Part shown: piece after piece, positions 62,084-64,000 of the stretch
How the letters are laid out: every line of letters begins with the position of its first letter
Numbering within the stretch: the stretch's first letter is position 1
Assembly: GCA_946497695.1 (NCBI GenBank)
Contig: CAMMLJ010000004.1
Coordinates: forward strand, 1,793-65,792
Source: an uncultured Clostridium sp.
Lineage (GTDB): Bacteria; Bacillota; Clostridia; TANB77; CAG-508
Length of the DNA stretch: 64,000 nt
Direction of reading: 5' to 3'
The notes under the pieces: generated by a model
What the model saw: the letters and a program-made list of their open reading frames with translations, nothing else
The model's database searches: none
Told to the model about the DNA's origin: nothing
Made by a program: the position numbers and the translations under genes

Positions 62084-63781
62084 TTATATATTAAATTGAC
62101 TTTTATACATATTATAATAAGCACCTTTCTTAGTAATTAATTCTTCATGAGTTCCAACTTCTATAATATTTCCGTTTTCTATAAAAACAATAAAGTCACA
62201 ATTTCTTATTGTAGATAATCTATGTGCAATAATTATAGAAGTAGAATTTTCTGTTAATTTAAAAATAGCTTTTTTTATCATTTCTTCAGTTAATAAATCA
62301 ATATTACTTGTTGCCTCATCTAAAATTAAAATAGGAGGTTTTATTAGCATAATTCTTGCAATATTTAATAATTGAACTTCACCTTCAGAAAGCATATCAG
62401 AATTCGAAATATAAGTATCATAACCATTAGGTAATTTTTCTATAAATGAGTTTGCGAAAGCTAATTTTGAAGCCTGTTTAATTTCTTCCATACTGGCATT
62501 AGGCTTTCCATATGCAATATTTTCTTTTATAGTACCCTGAAAAACTTTAGTATCTTGAAGAACCATACCAATATTTTTTCTTAAATCGTTAATATTAATG
62601 TCTTTAATATTAGTATTATCTATTAATATTTCGCCATTATTTATTTCATAAAATCTATTTAATAAATTAATGATTGTAGTTTTTCCAGAACCTGTTTTAC
62701 CCACTATTGCAATACTTTTTCCACTTGGAATATATAAATTGAAGTCTTTAATAAAAGGATTATCAGTATAAGAAAAATCAACGTTTTTAAATTCGATAGA
62801 ATAGTTTGGCTTTACCTCCAATTTCTTATTACTAAGTAAAGGTAAAGTTGTAGGAGTTGTAGTATTTATAAAATTTAAAATTCTTTTGCTAGATGCAATT
62901 GCAGTTTGTATCTCGCTAAACACAGAAGTTATTTCATTAAATGGTCTAGTGAATAAATTTGTATAAATTAAAAATGTAGAAATATTGCCAATTGTTAAAT
63001 TACCATTTTTACAAAATATAATTCCAAGCATTGCAATTATTATATAAGAAATGTTAGAAACAAACCTTGTACTCGGATTTGTAAGTGATGAATAAAATTG
63101 TGTTTTATACCCAAATTTATATAGTTCGGAATTTTTTTGCTTAAAAGTCTTACTAGCAATCTCATTATAATTAAAGTTGTCAAACGTTTTCTTGCCACTT
63201 ATAAATTCATCAGTATATGCATTTAAATTAGCTAATAAATTAGCTCGTTTGCTAAACATATAATTGGTATGTGAAACTATATATTTTGATATTACAAACA
63301 TTAGTAAAGATAGTATTATAAGTATAATAGTTAAACTAATATTTAAAGTTATCATTATATAAGTTGCAAATATAATAGTAAATATACCACTTATAATTTT
63401 AGAAATACTCTGAATAGTACCATTAGCAATGTTTTCTATATCAATAGAAAACATATTAGTAATATTACCCGTTTCAAATTTTTCTAAAACATGTATTGGC
63501 AAATTATTTATTTTATTAAAAAGTATAATTCTGATATTTTTAGAAAGTTTACTAGCATAGCTATTTAAAAAATAATTTAACAAGATATTACTAATAAAAA
63601 GGAAGACAAATATCATTGCAAGTAAAATAAAGTAATTTATTAAATTATTATTTATACCTATTTCATCTATTAAATTACCAATTATAACAGGGTAAGAAAT
63701 ACTTAAAGCAGCAGAAAGAATAGAGAAAATAGTTATTAAAAAAATATATATTTTAAAAAATTTAAATTTTAATAATTTCAT
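62084..63781 (-). CDS. ABC transporter, fused permease/ATP-binding protein (type I exporter)
   Basis: 565 aa; six-TM N-domain, Walker A GKTGSGKTT, signature LSEGE, Walker B ILILDEATS. Confidence 0.9.
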   Translation of the reverse strand: MKLLKFKFFKIYIFLITIFSILSAALSISYPVIIGNLIDEIGINNNLINYFILLAMIFVFLFISNILLNYFLNSYASKLSKNIRIILFNKINNLPIHVLEKFETGNITNMFSIDIENIANGTIQSISKIISGIFTIIFATYIMITLNISLTIILIILSLLMFVISKYIVSHTNYMFSKRANLLANLNAYTDEFISGKKTFDNFNYNEIASKTFKQKNSELYKFGYKTQFYSSLTNPSTRFVSNISYIIIAMLGIIFCKNGNLTIGNISTFLIYTNLFTRPFNEITSVFSEIQTAIASSKRILNFINTTTPTTLPLLSNKKLEVKPNYSIEFKNVDFSYTDNPFIKDFNLYIPSGKSIAIVGKTGSGKTTIINLLNRFYEINNGEILIDNTNIKDININDLRKNIGMVLQDTKVFQGTIKENIAYGKPNASMEEIKQASKLAFANSFIEKLPNGYDTYISNSDMLSEGEVQLLNIARIMLIKPPILILDEATSNIDLLTEEMIKKAIFKLTENSTSIIIAHRLSTIRNCDFIVFIENGNIIEVGTHEELITKKGAYYNMYKSQFNI

Positions 63782-63784
63782 TTA

Positions 63785-64000
63785 CTATGCTCCTTTGCTT
63801 ATGCTATTTTGTAGTTTATATATTTTTTTGTATAATTCTGATGTTTTTAAAAGTTCAGCATGTGTACCAACATTTTCTATTTTTCCATTATTAAAAACTA
63901 GAATTTTAGAACAATTTTTTATTGTAGAAGTCTTTTGAGAAGCTATAAATGTTGTAATAGTATGTTCTTTAGTGTAATTAAAAATATTTTGTAATACTTG
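63785..64000 (-). CDS. ABC exporter ATP-binding/permease, 3' fragment (gene continues beyond the window)
   Basis: Minus-strand translation ends ...ILVFNNGKIENVGTHAELLKTSELYKKIYKLQNSISKGA; probable heterodimer partner of the downstream gene. Confidence 0.8.
   Translation of the reverse strand, partial: QVLQNIFNYTKEHTITTFIASQKTSTIKNCSKILVFNNGKIENVGTHAELLKTSELYKKIYKLQNSISKGA

Noticed and set aside
1-64000. Searched by eye for tRNA/rRNA genes, integrases/recombinases, phage structural genes, restriction-modification, CRISPR-Cas, retron/DGR reverse transcriptases and toxin-antitoxin pairs
   Set aside because: None was recognised apart from the solo mazF and the Y1 transposase. The window is essentially core chromosome with small insertions.

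Overview
This window is an AT-rich (by eye well over 70% A+T, not computed) chromosomal segment of an endospore-forming Firmicute, Clostridia-like. Most genes are housekeeping or sporulation genes. Recognised genes include a SipL/SpoVID-like coat protein, yunB, a short ftsZ, addB, pgeF, leuS, infC-rpmI-rplT, spoVAC/AD/AE, rsmB, an OmpR-type two-component pair, lepB, holB (frameshifted) and ricT. Further along are a four-subunit 2-oxoacid:ferredoxin oxidoreductase, minD-minE-rodA, dus, mazF, two HD-GYP paralogs, smc, ytaF, a Ca-type P-type ATPase, a class B PBP, rsmA, a sortase, engB, serS behind a Ser T-box, lexA and ABC exporters. I saw no rRNA, tRNA, CRISPR array, prophage or recognisable defence island. 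The strongest non-genic signal is a dense dispersed repeat family with core GGGATTTGGGGACGTTCC, often forming the hairpin TAGGGATTT-loop-AAATCCCTA. About 20 well-conserved and 8-10 degenerate units lie at 14 intergenic loci. A single HUH/Y1 (IS200-like, RAYT-type) transposase gene at 29543..30313 is bracketed by a perfect 29-bp inverted pair of exactly this repeat. I read this as a REP/REPIN-RAYT system in a low-GC Firmicute. The repeats abut or supply stop codons, are sense-oriented relative to the upstream transcript, form 17-20-nt tandem arrays, and sit where expected Firmicute gene order breaks. A second signal is four compositionally atypical loci (visibly higher G+C, host-rare codons), each with its own promoter, RBS and terminator, encoding proteins I cannot assign (67, 502, 348 and 117+195 aa). 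Other oddities are an FtsZ with no C-terminal linker or peptide, addB without addA, MinD/MinE without MinC and a MinE carrying a ~140-aa charged tail, an orphan MazF toxin, and a split holB. All coordinates were derived by hand and may be off by 1-2 nt. No database searches were run.
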